Part shown: in pieces, positions 61,367-64,000 of the stretch
Layout of the letters: each line of letters begins with the position of its first letter
Position numbering within the stretch: the first letter of the stretch is position 1
Source of the DNA: Acidobacteriota bacterium
GTDB taxonomy: Bacteria > Acidobacteriota > Vicinamibacteria > Vicinamibacterales > UBA8438
Direction of reading: 5' to 3'
DNA: 64,000 nucleotides
NCBI GenBank assembly: GCA_026708265.1
Contig: JAPOVI010000030.1
Span: 571-64,570 of the forward strand
The notes under the pieces: model-generated
What the model saw: only the letters and a program-made list of their open reading frames with translations
Told to the model about the DNA's origin: nothing
The model's database searches: none
Position numbers and translations under genes: made by a program

Positions 61367-62728
61367 TCAGGGGAGACGGCTGCCGGGGAACGAGTCGAGG
61401 AAGCCGGCGATCAGGTCGTTGAACGCGCGGTCGTTCTTGCGGCGGCTCTCGATGGTGCGGATCGAGTGGATCACGGTGGTGTGGTGCTTGCCGCCGAAGC
61501 TCTTCCCGATCTGGGGCAGCGACGCGTTCGTCAACTGCTTGCAGAGGTACATCGCGACCTGCCGCGGCAGGGCCACCGCCCGCGAGCTGTTGCGCGACTT
61601 CAGCTCGCTGACGCGGAGCCGATAGTGCCGGGCGACGAATTCCTGGAGGGTCTCGATGGTGACGGCCCGGTCGCCGCCCAGGGTGTCGCGCAGGACGTCC
61701 AGCGCCAGGGAGAGATCGATCCTGCGGCCGGTCAGCGACGCGTAGGCGATGAGCCGGATCAGCGAGCCCTCGAGCTCGCGCACGTTCGACTTGTTGCGGC
61801 CCGCGATGAACAGCGCCACGTCGTCGGGCAGGGGCACCGCCTCCGCGGCGGCCTTCTTCTTGAGAATGGCGACCTTCGTCTCGAGGTCCGGCGGCTGGAT
61901 GTCGACGATCAGGCCCCATTCGAAGCGCGACCGGAGGCGCTCGGCGAGGGCCGGGATGTCGTGCGGGGGGCCGTCGCTGCTGATGACGATCTGCTTCTGG
62001 GCGTCGTACAGGGAGTTGAACGTGTGGAAGAACTCGGTCTGCGTCCCCTCCTTGCCGGCGAGGAACTGGATGTCGTCCATCAGCAGGACGTCGACGTTGC
62101 GGTAGCGCTCGCGGAAGCTGAGCACGCGCTTGTGCTGCACGGCGTTGATCATCTCGTTCATGAAGCGCTCGGACGAGATGTAGGTCAGCTTCAGCCCGGG
62201 CATGCGGTCGAGCAGGTACTGGCCGATCGCGTGCATCAGGTGAGTCTTGCCGAGTCCCACGCCGCCGTACAGGAACAGCGGGTTGTAGGAGCGCGACGGC
62301 GCCTCGGCGACCGCGATCGAGGCGGCGTGCGCGAACTGGTTCGACGGGCCGACGACGAACGACGAGAACGTGTAGCGCGGATTCAGGCCGCCCGCCGGCG
62401 TCGATTGCGATTCCGCGGGTCCGCGTGGGGCGGGCGCGGCGGACGCTTCGGGCGGCGGGTCCGGGATCGGAGCCGGGAGGGCCTCCGTGTCGTCGATGAC
62501 GAAGGCGATCTGCAGGCCGCCGCGCTCGACCTCGCTCGCCGCCTCGGAGATGACGCTGGCGTAGTGCTTCGCGAGCCAGTCGCGGCAGAGGACGCTCGGC
62601 ACCCGGATAGTGACCCTCTCGCCGTGGTCCGCGACGAGCGAGGTCGGTTGGAACCAGGTACGGAAGCTGCGCTGGTCGACCTTGGTCTCGATTCGAGACA
62701 GGACTTGCGTCCAGACGTTGCCTAGCAT
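61367..62728 (-). CDS. dnaA: Chromosomal replication initiator
   Basis: LNPRYTF, YNPLFLYGGVGLGKTHL, DDIQF, RLRSRFEWGL, PRQVAMYL, HTTVIH. Confidence 0.99.
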   Translation of the reverse strand: MLGNVWTQVLSRIETKVDQRSFRTWFQPTSLVADHGERVTIRVPSVLCRDWLAKHYASVISEAASEVERGGLQIAFVIDDTEALPAPIPDPPPEASAAPAPRGPAESQSTPAGGLNPRYTFSSFVVGPSNQFAHAASIAVAEAPSRSYNPLFLYGGVGLGKTHLMHAIGQYLLDRMPGLKLTYISSERFMNEMINAVQHKRVLSFRERYRNVDVLLMDDIQFLAGKEGTQTEFFHTFNSLYDAQKQIVISSDGPPHDIPALAERLRSRFEWGLIVDIQPPDLETKVAILKKKAAAEAVPLPDDVALFIAGRNKSNVRELEGSLIRLIAYASLTGRRIDLSLALDVLRDTLGGDRAVTIETLQEFVARHYRLRVSELKSRNSSRAVALPRQVAMYLCKQLTNASLPQIGKSFGGKHHTTVIHSIRTIESRRKNDRAFNDLIAGFLDSFPGSRLP

Positions 62729-62857
62729 TTGCGTCGAGGCCGCACGCGGTCCACGGGTGTTGCAACTGAGCGAAACGCACCGCTCCAGGCGCGGATTCCG
62801 CTCCCGGCCGCACGTCAGTTCAGATGGTTACCACCCCTCCTCCGCAGGGACACACGG

Positions 62858-63010
62858 ATTTCCACAAAAATCTTCCACAGGTGTGGAAAAGTTCCCCGCG
62901 TGCCGCTGCATGATCCGCAGACCGGCGACTGTAGCACATCGGATCCCGCCAGACAATCCTGTTATCTGCTAATAGCTGAAGCGCTTTATTTGAGTCAATC
63001 AGAGTAAGAT
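62858..63010. promoter_or_regulatory. DnaA-box cluster and AT-rich tract upstream of dnaA (oriC part / dnaA autoregulation)
   Basis: ATTTCCACA (62858-66), TCTTCCACA (62871-79), TTTTCCACA (62882-90, minus strand), AT-rich stretch ~62952-63010. Confidence 0.75.
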
Positions 63011-63064
63011 CCCGGAGGCCGCGAGAACGGAAGAACGCGGTATTCGGGGGGCTTCCCGCTCCGA

Positions 63065-63094
63065 TTGACAGCCGTTCCGCCTCTCCGATAGGAT
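63065..63094 (+). promoter_or_regulatory. Sigma70 promoter of the rpmH operon
   Basis: TTGACA-N18-TAGGAT. Confidence 0.7.
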
Positions 63095-63159
63095 GAAACG
63101 TTTCGTCGCGCAGTTGACGCGTGGCGCCGGGCGGGTGCCGCGGTTGGAGTGGTCGGATC

Positions 63160-63297
63160 ATGAAGCGTACGTATCAGCCGAACCGGCGCCGTCGCCGCCG
63201 AACGCACGGCTTCCGCAAGCGGATGAGCGCGAAGGCCGGGCAACGAGTGCTGAAGCGCCGGCGTGCCAAGGGCCGCCAGCGGATCGCCGTTCGGTGA
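63160..63297 (+). CDS. rpmH: 50S ribosomal protein L34
   Basis: Not in the ORF track. [45 protein letters not shown]. Confidence 0.98.
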   Translation: MKRTYQPNRRRRRRTHGFRKRMSAKAGQRVLKRRRAKGRQRIAVR

Positions 63298-63316
63298 GCG
63301 CCCCACCACGCGGCTC

Positions 63317-63658
63317 GTGCGACGCAGTCTGACGCGGCGCGAGCGGATACGGCGGCGTCCGGAGTTCCAGCGGGTCCAGCAGCAAGGGGTTCGGAGTCGG
63401 GGACGGTACCTGACGCTGTTCACCCTGCCGAACGGGATGGACGTGGCCCGGCTCGGCATCATCGCAACGCGGCGCGTCGGCGGCGCCGTTCGGCGGAACC
63501 GGGCGAAGCGGCGCATCCGGGAGCTGTTCCGCCACCGGAAGGGTCGGCCCGGCATCGACGTGGTGGTGCTCGTACGCGCGGTCGTCCCCGATGTCCCCAT
63601 CGACGCTCTCGAGGCCGACTATCGGCGCACGCTCCGCACTGCGCGGACCTCGCGCTGA
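63317..63658 (+). CDS. rnpA: Ribonuclease P protein component
   Basis: ERIRRRPEFQRV, RLGII, GGAVRRNRAKRRIRE. GTG start at 63317 inferred. Confidence 0.95.
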   Translation: MRRSLTRRERIRRRPEFQRVQQQGVRSRGRYLTLFTLPNGMDVARLGIIATRRVGGAVRRNRAKRRIRELFRHRKGRPGIDVVVLVRAVVPDVPIDALEADYRRTLRTARTSR

Positions 63659-63941
63659 CGCTCCCCCGGGGTGGGCGCGCTCGGCGCCGGCCCGCACCGC
63701 GCTTGCGCTCATCAGGGTGTACCAGTTGTTCTTCTCGCCGCTGTTCGCCGGGTCGTGCCGCTTCCTTCCCTCCTGCTCGGCCTACGCCGCGGAGGCCGTC
63801 GAGCGCCACGGCGCGGCGCGCGGCCTCTGGTTGGCGGTGCGCCGGGTTGCGCGTTGTCATCCTCTATGCCGTGGCGGACTGGATCCGGTGCCCGAGGCCC
63901 GCGCAGCCCGTCGGCCGGGGCCGTTCCCCTCCGATCGCTGA
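63591..63941 (+). CDS. yidD: Membrane protein insertion efficiency factor
   Basis: LIRVYQ..SP..CRFLPSCSAYAAEAVERHG..RCHP..GGLDPVP. Start codon uncertain. Confidence 0.92.
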   Translation: MSPSTLSRPTIGARSALRGPRADAPPGWARSAPARTALALIRVYQLFFSPLFAGSCRFLPSCSAYAAEAVERHGAARGLWLAVRRVARCHPLCRGGLDPVPEARAARRPGPFPSDR

Positions 63942-63953
63942 ACCGAGAGACCG

Positions 63954-64000
63954 ATGCAGCGCAGGGTTCTGCTGGCCTTCTTTCTGTCCTTCCTGGTGCT
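63954..64000 (+). CDS. yidC: Membrane protein insertase YidC, N-terminus (truncated by window)
   Basis: MQRRVLLAFFLSFLVL, in the canonical position after yidD. Confidence 0.8.
   Translation, partial: MQRRVLLAFFLSFLV

Overview
Very GC-rich bacterial chromosomal segment, most consistent with Acidobacteriota (Vicinamibacteria-like). This taxonomy is inferred from gene content, not from a search. The right end holds the replication origin locus: yidC(partial)-yidD-rnpA-rpmH divergent from dnaA-dnaN-gyrB-gyrA, with DnaA-box clusters on both sides of dnaA and no recF. The middle holds housekeeping genes (tRNA-Ser(UGA), serS, galU, rsmI-glmU-glmS-pcrA) and two different Mrp/Mnh-type cation:H+ antiporter operons. 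One is canonical. The other has an archaeal-like gene order and atypical charged residues in its NuoL- and NuoM-like subunits. The left ~26 kb is accessory. It carries five toxin-antitoxin modules plus a possible zeta-toxin remnant, a DUF222-HNH gene with an embedded 24-bp palindrome, DUF1640-like coiled-coil genes, and DUF1592/DUF1552/ankyrin/cytochrome c exported modules. It also carries a PadR locus that pairs a membrane-anchored, apparently inactive dienelactone-hydrolase fold with a divergent HExxH membrane peptidase across one palindromic operator. The best candidates for undescribed systems are this PadR locus, the atypical second Mrp-like complex and the DUF1592/DUF1552/ankyrin heme module. 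All family calls come from motif recognition by eye; no database search was run.
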